Shown piece after piece: positions 40,543-51,520 of a stretch of 64,000 nucleotides of DNA (positions are counted from its first letter, which is position 1; each line of letters starts with the position of its first letter). The translations under genes and the position numbers were made by a program. The stretch comes from Methanobacteriota archaeon (GTDB lineage: Archaea; Halobacteriota; Bog-38; Methanoflorentales; Methanoflorentaceae): positions 1,920,001 through 1,984,000 of the forward strand of contig OY970393.1 of the NCBI GenBank assembly GCA_963720465.1, written 5' to 3'. The notes below the pieces were generated by a model. That model saw nothing but the letters and a program-made list of their open reading frames with translations, was not told where the DNA came from and did not search any database.

Positions 40543-41712
40543 CTAACGGCGTCGCCTGCTGGCGCGCAAGAACCCCAAACTCGCTGCCACCCCGACAGCG
40601 ACTATGACCGGCACCGCCAGCTCACTTACGACCCTCTCGCTATCAAATGTATTCATTTGATCGTTAATCACGCCGCCGTGTGCCATCTCTTGAGACATGA
40701 CTCCCTGGCTCGAGGCAGCTGACGTGCTGACCACGTGCAATGTCGAAGTATCGCGCGGGAGGGTTGCGTCTGAAGATTCGTTGATTACTACGCGCCCGGT
40801 GTCACTTGTGGCGTACGTTTGAATCAGCGTATCTGTAACGTCGCTTGAGTCCGTTCCTACGGCCACTCGCACGTGATGATCGTCAACAAAGCCCAGCGTT
40901 TGTTGTGGTTCGTAGGGCACCCATCCTATGTCAGGATAGTACACCTCGATCCAAGCGTGCGGCCCGGCGTTCCAAGTATAGCCGTACGTCGATAGGTAAC
41001 TACTTATGGTGATATCTCCGCCCACGAGGTAGCCGCTCACATAGCGCGCTGGAATTCCGACGCTCCTCAGCAGTGCCAGTGACAGCTGCGCGTAGTTCTC
41101 GCACGTTCCCCGCTTATTGTAAAATGTCCAGGCCGCGTCGTGGTTCGTCACGCTAGAATCGTATTTGAGATTGTTACGCACCCACAACATTATGGACGTC
41201 ACTGCGGCACTCTCGTAGTGAGCGTTGCTGATAAGGGTTTCCGCGGTTTTTTTGATGGCTGAATCGTTTGATTGCACGTACTTCGAAGGGGCGAGGTATT
41301 CGCTAGCGCTCTGATCAGAAGAATTGAGCCTTATCGGTAGCTGTGAATCTGAGTTCAGCCCCGCAACCTGTACATCGATGGTCAAATTGGCCGCTATCGT
41401 GTAGCTTAATCTTGGTGGCGGGTTTAGCCACGTGGCAGCAATCCCTCCGTTCGTAGCCGTTGCCTGGTCGGGTTTCGTGCTATATGAAATGCTGAATGAC
41501 AGCACTCTCTGCGAGTAGGCGAAGAGACTCGCATTCAGCGCCGTTGGAATCTGGACCACTACCTTTTGAGTTCCTTGGGGAACGATGATGTCGCGCGTTG
41601 TGGTATAGTGTACAGTGCTAGCCATGGCGCCCTGGCAAATCAGGGCGTTTCCCGATACTTGCAGTGGCGCTAAAAAAGCAATCGCAATAAGCGCGCAAGC
41701 AATGATTTTCAT
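40543..41712 (-). CDS. secreted, membrane-anchored transglutaminase-like protein
   Basis: Signal peptide MKIIACALIAIAF, GTCENYA, GIPARYVSG, HAWIEVY, C-terminal TM segment plus RRRR. Confidence 0.88.
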   Translation of the reverse strand: MKIIACALIAIAFLAPLQVSGNALICQGAMASTVHYTTTRDIIVPQGTQKVVVQIPTALNASLFAYSQRVLSFSISYSTKPDQATATNGGIAATWLNPPPRLSYTIAANLTIDVQVAGLNSDSQLPIRLNSSDQSASEYLAPSKYVQSNDSAIKKTAETLISNAHYESAAVTSIMLWVRNNLKYDSSVTNHDAAWTFYNKRGTCENYAQLSLALLRSVGIPARYVSGYLVGGDITISSYLSTYGYTWNAGPHAWIEVYYPDIGWVPYEPQQTLGFVDDHHVRVAVGTDSSDVTDTLIQTYATSDTGRVVINESSDATLPRDTSTLHVVSTSAASSQGVMSQEMAHGGVINDQMNTFDSERVVSELAVPVIVAVGVAASLGFLRASRRRR

Positions 41713-42081
41713 TTGGTGGGTACACGGCACAATAAGGGGCAGTCCGCGCATGGAGTTTTTTTTGTACGTACTTAAAGGTTGGGCCTCGAATTGCCCGTTG
41801 GTGCCACGTCGCGGGCTTAGTTTTTGAGCCTTATAGGAGTATCCTATGTTAGCTCATCGGCTTTCGGGGTCAACGATCGAGGCTGACCTAAAGCGGTTTG
41901 TTGCGCACGGAGAACGGTTGCCATATCGGAATGCTTATAACTGTAGTTTATCGTTTTTTATCTAGAACGACCGAGGCAATTGTGCTTGAACGCTTGTGCA
42001 ACGATTGTCGTAAACTTCACGTAAGCGGAACGCTAGGTCCGAACCCCGAATTCAATGTTCCAGGCATGAAAGGTCTCTCAC

Positions 42082-44214
42082 ATGACTTACAAAAAGCTTG
42101 CTGCGATCCTCCTCATCGCTTTAATAGCGCTTTCGGTGAGCGGAGCCATCATCCAGCAAAGTAGCTCCGCGGCCGCTTCCTCGATAAATGCGACAGGCGC
42201 GCTAAATACGTGGAGCCAAGCGCCGATAAATCCCGCATTCGCTCAGTATCTGAAGAATCAAGCGGCGGGAAACGCGACGACCACCGTGAGCGGGCACCAG
42301 GAAAGCCTAGTCCCGTCGACTATTAATTTCTCCACCCTTGCAGGCCAGAGTGTGCGCGCGGCGGCCGTTCCCCTCGTTGGATATCCATCGTCCTATGATC
42401 TGCGCGCGCTCGGCAAAGTCAGCCCCGTGGAGAGTCAGGGCACTGCACCTGCGTGCTGGACGTTTGCCACATACGGCTCGCTTGAGTCGTATCTACTCCC
42501 GGGAACGAAGGCAAGCTTCTCAGAGAATAACATGAAGAACTTGGCCGGATTCGATCTGACGTGCGAAGATGGAGGAAATCAGCAGATGGCGACAGCGTAC
42601 CTCGCCCGGTGGGGCGGTAGTGCGCAGAGCGGCCCGGTTACTACCGCGTGCGATCCGTTCAACCAGAATTCGTGCACCGATACGTCGTTGTGCTCCGTGC
42701 AACAGCACGTCCAAAACGTGCTCTTTCTGCCATACAGAGCTAACCCAACCGATAACAGCAACATAAAATGGGCACTGCAGAATTATGGCGGCGTTTATGC
42801 CGTCATGTGGTTCGACCCGTCCACGAGCTCGAACTATAACTCAAATACCGCGGCTTACTACTACAGTGGCAGCACCGCTCCCGATCACGCCGTGACTATC
42901 GTCGGTTGGAATGATTCCTACCCCGCCAGTAACTTCGCCAGCCGCCCGCCGGGGCCGGGCGCCTTTATCGTAAAAAACAGTTGGGGCACTTCTTTTGGAA
43001 AATCCGGTTTCTTCTACGTTTCTTACTACGACACTCAGTTCGCCACGAATTCTCAACCGCCCACGGTCTTCACTGCTGAACCAACAACGAACTACAACAC
43101 CAATTATCAATATGATTCGTTAGGGTGGGTGACTAATATCGGTAGTACTAATATCGGTAGTCTCTCCTCCAATACGGCATGGGGCGCGAACGTATTTACC
43201 GCCACGTCTAACCAGCGACTGTCCGCTGTCAGTTTCTACGCTGGTTCAGTGAATACGAATTATCAGATATACGTGTATACCAATCCGACCTCGGGTCCCA
43301 TTGGCGGCACTGCGTACACTGGCCCTAACGGCACGATCGCCACGCCCGGCTACTATACCCTCCCGCTTAATACGACCGTCCCGCTGACGGCAGGTCAGAA
43401 GTTTTCCGTTGTCATAAAGATTACCACCCCTGGAAGCAACTACCCCATCCCCGTGGAATCTACTCTACAGGGCTACAGCTCGGCAACGGGGCAACCAGGA
43501 CAGGGCTACTTGAGTGCAACTGGGAGCTCGTGGACGGATGCAACGCGGGTCAGCGCGAATATGAGTATCTGCATAAAGGCGTTTACGATGAAGCCCCAGA
43601 CCAGCGTCACCATCACCCCGTCCACCACCACCGCCACCGTCAACCAACCGGTCAATTTCACCGCCACCCTCAAGAACGGCACAGCCCCCCTCCCGTCTGA
43701 GTCCGTCACCATCTACCACTATCTCAACGGCGTCCGCTACAACGACACCACCAAGACCACCAACGCCATCGGCCAGATCACCCTCACCACGAGCTTTGGC
43801 TCCCCCGGCACACGCACCTACTACGCCACCTTCGCCGGCGACAGCTCCTATAAAGCATCGACAAGCAGCGTCGTCACCGTCAACGTCACCGCCCGGACCA
43901 ATGTCACTCTCGCTGCGTCTCCCACCACCCCCGCCGTGAATCAGTCCGTCACCTTCACCGCAACGCTCTCGTGGTGGAACCCCGCAACCGGCAAATGGAT
44001 CGTCGTCGCGACGAGCGGCAAGCCGATACAGATCTGGCACACCCTCAACGGCATCCGCTACAACGACACAACGACATACACCAACGCGAGCGGCACGGCT
44101 ACGTTCACACAGAAGTTTGCGTCAGCCGGCACACGCACCTACTACGCCACCTTCGCCGGCGACACATGGTATAATGTGTCGACGAGCGCGGTCGTGACGA
44201 TAAGCGTGCATTAG
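42082..44214 (+). CDS. secreted C1 (papain-family) cysteine peptidase with lectin-like and two Ig-like domains
   Basis: PSSYDLR, QG..ACWTF, DHAVTIVGW, KNSWG, YQYD..GW...CIKAFT, two TRTYYATFAGD repeats. Confidence 0.92.
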   Translation: MTYKKLAAILLIALIALSVSGAIIQQSSSAAASSINATGALNTWSQAPINPAFAQYLKNQAAGNATTTVSGHQESLVPSTINFSTLAGQSVRAAAVPLVGYPSSYDLRALGKVSPVESQGTAPACWTFATYGSLESYLLPGTKASFSENNMKNLAGFDLTCEDGGNQQMATAYLARWGGSAQSGPVTTACDPFNQNSCTDTSLCSVQQHVQNVLFLPYRANPTDNSNIKWALQNYGGVYAVMWFDPSTSSNYNSNTAAYYYSGSTAPDHAVTIVGWNDSYPASNFASRPPGPGAFIVKNSWGTSFGKSGFFYVSYYDTQFATNSQPPTVFTAEPTTNYNTNYQYDSLGWVTNIGSTNIGSLSSNTAWGANVFTATSNQRLSAVSFYAGSVNTNYQIYVYTNPTSGPIGGTAYTGPNGTIATPGYYTLPLNTTVPLTAGQKFSVVIKITTPGSNYPIPVESTLQGYSSATGQPGQGYLSATGSSWTDATRVSANMSICIKAFTMKPQTSVTITPSTTTATVNQPVNFTATLKNGTAPLPSESVTIYHYLNGVRYNDTTKTTNAIGQITLTTSFGSPGTRTYYATFAGDSSYKASTSSVVTVNVTARTNVTLAASPTTPAVNQSVTFTATLSWWNPATGKWIVVATSGKPIQIWHTLNGIRYNDTTTYTNASGTATFTQKFASAGTRTYYATFAGDTWYNVSTSAVVTISVH

Positions 44215-44393
44215 CCTATCGATCCCCATCCACTTATTCACCGAGAAGAGTTCAAGCAGCCCTGGGTCTGTTTTTTTTTGACGAGTCGTGATTCTGACCC
44301 TATCTAAACAATCACTTGGGCGGGCCGCATGAACTTAGGTAAACAAAAAAAGCGGCCGGAGCTTACGTGGTCAAAAATTAGTAGTGATGGCCC

Positions 44394-44654
44394 TTAGACA
44401 ACAATCCCGAGCACGAACAATAGTATTACAAGCAACGCTCCGGGTATCCCCGCCAAGGCGCAAATAATTATGGTAATCAGGTTTATGGGTACAGGAAGTC
44501 CAACGAAATTCGCCAAAAGTAGAACGATGATACCGAGTATCGAATTCACTGCCAAGTACTTCCCATATCTGGCCCCCAGCTTGACGAGAAGGTACAGCAC
44601 GATCAGGACCAGAATAGCTACGACGAGCAATCCTATCGCACTAGTGACGTCCAT
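44394..44654 (-). CDS. BofA-like small membrane protein
   Basis: NSILGIIVL...PINLITIIICALAGIPG. Confidence 0.8.
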   Translation of the reverse strand: MDVTSAIGLLVVAILVLIVLYLLVKLGARYGKYLAVNSILGIIVLLLANFVGLPVPINLITIIICALAGIPGALLVILLFVLGIVV

Positions 44655-44886
44655 CAGGCCAACTTACGTAGTCGGAGAGAAATAGTTTTCGATCTCGGCT
44701 TTTTGGTTGAAAGATGGGCTGGCGTTAGATTGGATTCAGCGATTGCTATTTAGGCAGCGTGGGAATCGAGGCAGACCGAACGTTACCCGCTGGTTCTTAC
44801 GCAAGGCAGTGTATTGACATCCGTCCCGTCGCACGTTGACGCCGCGAGTTGCCCGCGACCACTGGGCGTTGAATATCACCTAGCAA

Positions 44887-45495
44887 TTAAATGTTTATGA
44901 AACTAGCGTAAACAAAACCTAGCCCAAGTATGGACAAGAAGACGCCACAGCTTATGAGAACAAATTGATAGGTGTCACCAGCAATGGCGGCCCCTCTGTC
45001 TGCAGAGATGGAAACGAATCCGTACCACGAGAAATCCGAGGCCCAGTGACCAATGAGAAGCGCAGTCAGCCCAACCAATCCGGCGAGTCTGAGACCCTCG
45101 AACACAAACGCCGCTCCGACCGTAAACCACCACATGAAGAAGAACGGATTCGACAAGCTGGTTATTATGCCGTTGTAAATAGGCCCGTATGCAAGCGTCG
45201 GTTTTTCGGCAGTCGTCTGGATGGAGGTCTTCCCTTGGCCGCTCTTTATCAAATTGATGCCCATGGGCACAAGAAATGCTCCGCCAATAACGCAAATTGC
45301 AATAAATGAGGCTTTCAGTCCTATGATCTGGCTGAGGCCTAGACCGAGCAGCACGACTATATTGGTCTCAGCTACTACGTGACCGAAAACCACACTCGTT
45401 CCGGCCTTGTAACCCTTTTTGAATGATTCGGTTATTGAGACCGTAAGCATTGGGCCTGGCACGATAGCGCCAGAAAAACCTACCAGAAACGCTGT
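44887..45495 (-). CDS. LysE-family translocator (5' end damaged or uncertain)
   Basis: AFLVGFSGAIVPGPML, GH...E, SLSNPFFFMWW, GHWASD; no clean start codon upstream of the first helix. Confidence 0.75.
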   Translation of the reverse strand, partial: TAFLVGFSGAIVPGPMLTVSITESFKKGYKAGTSVVFGHVVAETNIVVLLGLGLSQIIGLKASFIAICVIGGAFLVPMGINLIKSGQGKTSIQTTAEKPTLAYGPIYNGIITSLSNPFFFMWWFTVGAAFVFEGLRLAGLVGLTALLIGHWASDFSWYGFVSISADRGAAIAGDTYQFVLISCGVFLSILGLGFVYASFINI

Positions 45496-45795
45496 GAAAC
45501 CAAACCTAGAAGTTCAACTATCGTCTAGACCACCTATCTAGCGTTTTCCGACCTTCTGCCCTCGTAGCGTTTTTTCGAAGCGCGGAAGCGCATAGTAGTT
45601 GGCTTTATACAGCCTGTGCAATTCTTGCTTTGCTCGGCTATAGGTTCGTCGCACGCAACCCCGCACGCAAATTCTCGGAATCTGCAGGGTTGGCTCTTGT
45701 CATGAAAGGGTTAACAAGCGATGGCACGTCTCGTGACACTGAACAGAACAAGACACAGACGCAAGTTGCTGATCAAAGTCGAGTTGCTTCCGTTT

Positions 45796-46338
45796 TTAAT
45801 TAGTAGCCGTGAAGTACGGCTTGTCGGCAGGGACACGAGAACCTTCAAGGCCAAAGAATTCGTACTTTGAGGTGACATATAAGTGCTCCGCCTTTTGCGG
45901 CTCACCTCGTGTCGCAACAACTTCTCCGACAAACACAGTATGGTCGCCTGTCTCGAACTGCCCGACTACTTTACATTCATGTGCAACGGTCGCTCCTTCA
46001 ATCGTTGGCACCTGGACCACACCAGAGTCGATCAATGAGAGCCCCGCCTCTTTTATCTTATCGATATCTCGTCCCGATCTCGTGCCGCAAAACCACGCGG
46101 CTTCCGCCTGTTCCGCACTTGGATAGTGCACCACAAACTCCTTGTGAAAGTCAATTCCCGCATGCGAATAGCGCGAATGATCAATGGAGATCATCAGCAA
46201 GAAAGGGTCAAGTGACGTGCGCGTCACCCAAGATACGCCGAGTGCGTTCGGTCTTCCGTTTGTGTCCAGCGACGTTACCAGGCTGTAGATCATTGGCGCA
46301 GCGAGCGCAACGCCCTGATTAGGGGTCAATGTTTGCAT
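45796..46338 (-). CDS. flavin reductase family protein
   Basis: CGTRSGRDIDK, ECKV, GDHTVFVGEV. Confidence 0.9.
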   Translation of the reverse strand: MQTLTPNQGVALAAPMIYSLVTSLDTNGRPNALGVSWVTRTSLDPFLLMISIDHSRYSHAGIDFHKEFVVHYPSAEQAEAAWFCGTRSGRDIDKIKEAGLSLIDSGVVQVPTIEGATVAHECKVVGQFETGDHTVFVGEVVATRGEPQKAEHLYVTSKYEFFGLEGSRVPADKPYFTATN

Positions 46339-46768
46339 GCTTTAACTCCTCAGGGTGAACATGTCGTCTCTGACTTATGAGGTCTTCCGTCTAGGATGGA
46401 GCTCTCGGCGTCCACTACAACGTATGAACAGCTTGAATGGTTCTCACAAACCTCGATCTGCTCGAGCACGACGCGGGCGATTAGCACCCGTCAGCGGTTT
46501 GACTGCTAGATCTGCAGCTACTCGGCACTGAATCACGAGGCAAGGTACGCCGACTCAATCTTTGCCGAGTGGATCGTGGCTAGAGATGCTTGAACGGACG
46601 TTGCCAGCTAGTTCCACAAGCGGCGCACGCTCTCCAGGACAACGCACGAGCAAAGAGGCGCGCGCTGCGTTCTCTATTTGATTCAACATGACGAGTCCGA
46701 CAACTGGTGATCCTGAGAAGAGGAAAATGATAATTATTTACAGCGCTCAAGAAGACGCGGTGATTTGA

Positions 46769-46990
46769 GTGAACGTTCCCGACACGCTTGACAACGCAAA
46801 CCTGTGTCTCTGTCCGAGTTGTCCGACGCGAAACGAGTGCATGAAGCGCCAGGAGCAGAGGTTGTTCTGTGCGCGCGGAAAAACAGACTGTGATTTTGCG
46901 CGTAAAGGGTGTTTCTGTGGCGGATGTCCGTTAGAAAACGAATACCAGTTTTCTGGACTCTATTTCTGCGAATCAGGTGCGGTCCAATAG
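46769..46990 (+). CDS. DUF2769-type Cys-rich small protein
   Basis: CLCPSCPT..ECM...LFCARGK..C...GCFCGGCP...YFC. Confidence 0.8.
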   Translation: MNVPDTLDNANLCLCPSCPTRNECMKRQEQRLFCARGKTDCDFARKGCFCGGCPLENEYQFSGLYFCESGAVQ

Positions 46991-47095
46991 GTACCTTTTA
47001 AGCAGCTACCGCCTCTGACAGGTCTCAACCGGCCCGCGTGAGCGGTCGGCGTGCTGCACAGCGCCCTGCAGTTTGACAGCTTAGAAAATAGGACG

Positions 47096-47746
47096 CTATA
47101 CCCAGTCACTCATCGCGGATTGAAAATCAGTTGTGAAACCAGTGTGCGCAGTGACCATCAGAGATATGTTCTTGAGTTGTGCCAACTTTTTTACTGATTC
47201 GGTTTGTGTCGCAATGTCCATGTGTATCATATCTCCCAGGTGCAGCCTTGAGAAGGGACGAACCTTCCCGTCTTTTAGAGCTAGCGTATCGCCAACAAAC
47301 AGAATGGAATCATTGACCAGGTAGGACATTGAGCCTGGAGTGTGGCCCGGAGTTGCTAGCGCCTCTATTTTCGTCTGTCCCGCCTGGACAATATCCCGGT
47401 TTTTGAGCAGTGTGTAGCTTTTCTTAAGCGGTGGATTGTACACGAAGCCTAAGAACCGCGGCGTGGTTCTATTAACCATCTGCTCTTCATCGATCGACAA
47501 GTACACGTCGGCATTTTTGAATAGATTCAGGCCGCCCACATGGTCGCGGTCGGTATGGGTGAGAAACACGTACTTCACGTGCTCAGGCTTGAAACCAAGC
47601 GCATCAAACTCTCGCTTGACGGGCCCCTCACTAATGCCCGTGTCGAAGCAGATTGGCGAATCATCTGTCGTGTACACGAACATACTGACTGACCTCGATT
47701 TGACCTCATACACGTTATCGGCGATCCACATTACTAACAATCCCAT
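47096..47746 (-). CDS. metallo-beta-lactamase fold hydrolase
   Basis: DTG, THTDRDHVGG, TPGHTPGS, GD, TAH. Confidence 0.88.
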   Translation of the reverse strand: MGLLVMWIADNVYEVKSRSVSMFVYTTDDSPICFDTGISEGPVKREFDALGFKPEHVKYVFLTHTDRDHVGGLNLFKNADVYLSIDEEQMVNRTTPRFLGFVYNPPLKKSYTLLKNRDIVQAGQTKIEALATPGHTPGSMSYLVNDSILFVGDTLALKDGKVRPFSRLHLGDMIHMDIATQTESVKKLAQLKNISLMVTAHTGFTTDFQSAMSDWV

Positions 47747-48175
47747 ATTTTTAGTCGTTTTTGCACGAATTTGTGAGATGGTTCTCGCTATATATCCTTA
47801 TGTGCACCCACTAACAATCGGACAGCAGGTCTAGCAGTCAATGAAACGTTCGGTCGGAGAGCACAATATTCCGACACCCTATGTGAATGGCTCACCTCTC
47901 GATGCAACTGCCGCAGTCGCACGCGCATTCAGATCGTGCGCGAAAACTCGCAGACGTTGGACACGGCGCCGGGCGTTATTCTGCTATTGAATGTACTCAC
48001 GAGCCTGAAGGAAATTCGGGCGACACGGCGATACCGTTCGAAGGGGAACTCATCTTATCGGGCGTAGAAGCTCAGCGTCAATGGGGTTCTGCTCCTATCT
48101 GAGCTCTCGCGACACGCACACGCGAATGATGAGACACAATGCCGTATTAATACTCGTGAGTGAAACCTATCACTT

Positions 48176-48838
48176 ATGACGCACGTTTCACCCTTCACCA
48201 ACCAGGACAATGCGATCCTTGACCGAATTCTCGAATCACGGCGTTCAGTGAGGTCGTTCGCGCCAGATATTCCTCGAAAAGAGGATATTGTGAGAATCAT
48301 ACGGGCAGGATTGCTCGCTCCATATGCGGCGCAGGCCGTTGCTGGACAGGACTTCCGGCGATTTTTTGTGTTCCAAGAGGGGAGCCCCCAACTTGCACAC
48401 GTCGCCGAGCTTGGGAAGCGCCAGGCGAAGTTCATGGCGCAACAGCTGCGCGATGAACTGGCGGCTAATCCATCATTGGAAGACCAAGCCCGGGGGTTTG
48501 TAACAAGACTGGAGCAACTCGCAGAGATGGGTGTACCAGGTATCGGTACCGCTCCCTACTACATCGTCGTGGCAGAACGAAGAGGCATCCCACCTGCCGA
48601 GCAGCAATCACTCGCTCACTGTCTGGAGAACATGTGGCTGAAGGCAACCGCTCTGGGCCTGGGATTTCAGCTCGTGTCAGTGACTGCTCAGATGGGACAG
48701 GAGAGGGAGTTCTGTTCAGTGCTAGGCATACCACACAGCGAATTTGGAACCAACGGATGTGCGATTGGCTATCCAATGAAGCGCTTCCCAGCTGTCGAGC
48801 GTCCCGATGCTCGCGAAGTAACCAAATGGATCGACTGA
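48176..48838 (+). CDS. nitroreductase family protein
   Basis: RRSVRSF, LAP, ENMWLKATALGLG, AIGYP. Confidence 0.88.
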   Translation: MTHVSPFTNQDNAILDRILESRRSVRSFAPDIPRKEDIVRIIRAGLLAPYAAQAVAGQDFRRFFVFQEGSPQLAHVAELGKRQAKFMAQQLRDELAANPSLEDQARGFVTRLEQLAEMGVPGIGTAPYYIVVAERRGIPPAEQQSLAHCLENMWLKATALGLGFQLVSVTAQMGQEREFCSVLGIPHSEFGTNGCAIGYPMKRFPAVERPDAREVTKWID

Positions 48839-49426
48839 CTTTGAACACTTCAGCTCCGTTAAAGTCATCTCGCTTAGATCGGTGTGTGCATAATCGTACA
48901 ATAAGTGCTCGCAGTTCTGATATTCCGAGATGATACGATGGAGGAAGTGTGTTAGAGTCTGAGATATCTCAGTCGTCTAACCTCCACCTGATAGCCAGAG
49001 GCTTGCGAACGTAACGCTAGGAATGGCAGTTGCCTCTGTGATCTGCATCTAGCGATTGACCAGGGGCCGCTCGTTCTGAATGCGTCTAGATTAATGATGC
49101 GGTCAACAAGTCTGTATTACGGAAGACGAAAGAATCAGTCATTCACTGCGCCACGCATCGTCATTGAAGGTCGCGCCAACAACGTCGTGCACATCGCGTT
49201 GAGTCGCGTCAAAGAAGACCCACCCGAGACGATCTTCGCCGTCAAGCTCAAAGCCTCTCCCGGACCCCCTTAGCTTAAACGGCTTATCCGACAAAGATAG
49301 ATATATAAATCAAACCTCACAGAAGGAAGTCGATTCGTCTGCGCGCGCTGCGGCTGCGAGAGGCACGAGTAAGACAAACCTTAGCGATTGTCCGCGAAAA
49401 TGGGTCGGTTCGACTCAGGAGTTCGT

Positions 49427-50155
49427 ATGAAAGATGATGTCTGCATTCGCGACCTTGAAAAAGACTTTGGTGGCTTCAAAGCCGTAAACAAGCTGTCGCT
49501 CCGGGTTAAGCACGGCGAAATCTACGGGTTGCTAGGCCCAAACGGCGCCGGAAAAACGACCGTCATCAAAATCCTCTGCGGGTTGTTGCGGCCATCGTCA
49601 GGGGAAGCGTACGTGCTTGACATGAAGGTCCCCGATCCGCGCACTGCTTCGCGTATCGGCTATATGCCGCAGGAGTTGGCAATGTACCGGGGTTTGACCG
49701 TGCACGAAAACCTCGCGTTTTATGGCGAGGTGTTTGGGCTCAGCAAACAGCGGATTGATACACGCGAACAAGCGCTTCTCAAGCTTATCGATCTGCAAGC
49801 TTTCAGAGATACACTGGTCGATCAGTTGAGCGGCGGCATGCAGCAACGCACCTCGCTCGCCTGCGCTTTGCTCCACGAACCGCAACTCCTGTTTCTTGAT
49901 GAGCCGACGGTAGGCGTCGATCCCGACCTACGCGCGTCGTTCTGGCAGTACTTTGAGGAGCTGCGGGATTCGGGAATTACTATCCTAATCACTACCCACT
50001 ACATGGACGAGGCGCGCCATTGCGATCGCATTGGCTTTATGCGCGAAGGGCGCCTTATCGCCGAGGGCTCTCCTCAGGAGCTTCTCGAGTTGACGCACAC
50101 CGACTCGCTCGAGGACGCGTTTTTGTCGTATTCCCGGACTGGAGGATCCACATGA
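49427..50155 (+). CDS. ABC transporter ATP-binding protein
   Basis: GPNGAGKT, LSGGM, LDEPT, TTHYM. Confidence 0.93.
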   Translation: MKDDVCIRDLEKDFGGFKAVNKLSLRVKHGEIYGLLGPNGAGKTTVIKILCGLLRPSSGEAYVLDMKVPDPRTASRIGYMPQELAMYRGLTVHENLAFYGEVFGLSKQRIDTREQALLKLIDLQAFRDTLVDQLSGGMQQRTSLACALLHEPQLLFLDEPTVGVDPDLRASFWQYFEELRDSGITILITTHYMDEARHCDRIGFMREGRLIAEGSPQELLELTHTDSLEDAFLSYSRTGGST

Positions 50156-51282
50156 AGGTCTCGCGCGTGTTTGCGGTGACAAAGCGCGCGTTGCGGGACA
50201 TTAAGAACGATCGCCGCACCCGTGTCCTCATTTTTGTGGCCCCGCTACTCGTAATGATTCTCTTCGGCGTCGCGTTTACGGGCAACGTCAAGGACGTGCG
50301 GGTGATCGTGGTTAACAATGACACGGCAGCGGCGAGCAGCTCACTGTCAGATAAGATCATCTCAAATTTCGACACCAGCACTCTCAACGTTGCGTACTCG
50401 AACAGTGAGAGCGATGCCATAGGCCAGGTACAAAACGGGAGTGCATCTGCTGTTATCGCGTTTCCCTCGACCTTCACCCAATCAGTAGAGGCCCGGGCCG
50501 CGGGTCAAACGTCCATCCCGCAGGAGAACGTGACTGTTAGCATTCTCGCGGACAAGAGCAACGTTAACGTCGCCAACCCGATCATCGCGGCGGTCAACAA
50601 CGCGGTGGTGCAAACTACGCAGGGCCAAGGCCATCAGCCACCGGTCTCAGTTGACTCAAGCAACGCTATTTACGGCGCGAACGCGCAGTTCATCGATACC
50701 TTTGTGCCAGGCATCGTCTCGGTGGCTGTGTGGCAGATTACGATGCTTCTCACGCTCATCGCGTTCGTCGGTGAACGGACGTCAGGAACGCTCTCTCGGC
50801 TGCTTGCATCCCCGCTAAAGGAGAGCGAGCTGGTCGCGGGGTACGCTGTCGCGTTTGGTGCGATTGGCGCCGCCCAGTCTGCGGTGCTGCTTGCGGTTGC
50901 CGTGCTGCTGTTTCACATTACCATCGTTGGAAACGTTTTTCTGTCATTCGGGGTCATCGCGCTCCTTGCGATCGTGGCGGAGGGGCTCGGCATACTGCTC
51001 TCGAGCTTTGCACGACGGGAGGCCCAGGCAGTCCAGTTTTTGCCATTCGTTGTATTGCCTGCATTCCTCCTCTCTGGAGTTTTTTGGCCCATAGAAGCAA
51101 TCCCAGAGTGGCTGCAGCCCGTGTCGTACCTCCTTCCGACGACCTACGCGGTAGAGGCCGTGCGCTCTGTGAATTTGCGTGGATGGGGGCTCGATAAGAT
51201 ATACCCCGACGTTGTCGCATTGCTCATCTTCGCCGGCGTCTTTCTCGTCCTGGCGACGATCTTGTTGCGGCGAAGAGAGTAA
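50152..51282 (+). CDS. ABC-2 type transporter permease
   Basis: ATGA overlap with the ATPase; ERTSGTL..L.ASP, LLSGVFWP, LPTTYAV. Confidence 0.92.
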   Translation: MKVSRVFAVTKRALRDIKNDRRTRVLIFVAPLLVMILFGVAFTGNVKDVRVIVVNNDTAAASSSLSDKIISNFDTSTLNVAYSNSESDAIGQVQNGSASAVIAFPSTFTQSVEARAAGQTSIPQENVTVSILADKSNVNVANPIIAAVNNAVVQTTQGQGHQPPVSVDSSNAIYGANAQFIDTFVPGIVSVAVWQITMLLTLIAFVGERTSGTLSRLLASPLKESELVAGYAVAFGAIGAAQSAVLLAVAVLLFHITIVGNVFLSFGVIALLAIVAEGLGILLSSFARREAQAVQFLPFVVLPAFLLSGVFWPIEAIPEWLQPVSYLLPTTYAVEAVRSVNLRGWGLDKIYPDVVALLIFAGVFLVLATILLRRRE

Positions 51283-51520
51283 GACGATGCGTTGGCTTCA
51301 TAGCTCTCTCTTTTTGTAGGAGTCCTTTCCGATTATGCACTTTGCGTCCGACTCTTCGTTCTTTTGGTTCGTTTTGGTAGTTGTTAGTCCGGCTGAGCTG
51401 TCTGGTTTGAGAGACAAATAGAATTAGAGGCACCGATCTACTGTGAATCGCCGCCTTGATGAGAACACGCGTCCCGTTTGAGTGCGGTGTCTCACTACTC
51501 GCCGCTTCCCGGCCGCACGG

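Noticed and set aside
49094-49293. Possible 50-60 aa ORFs on both strands
   Set aside because: No recognisable motif and no way to choose between strands
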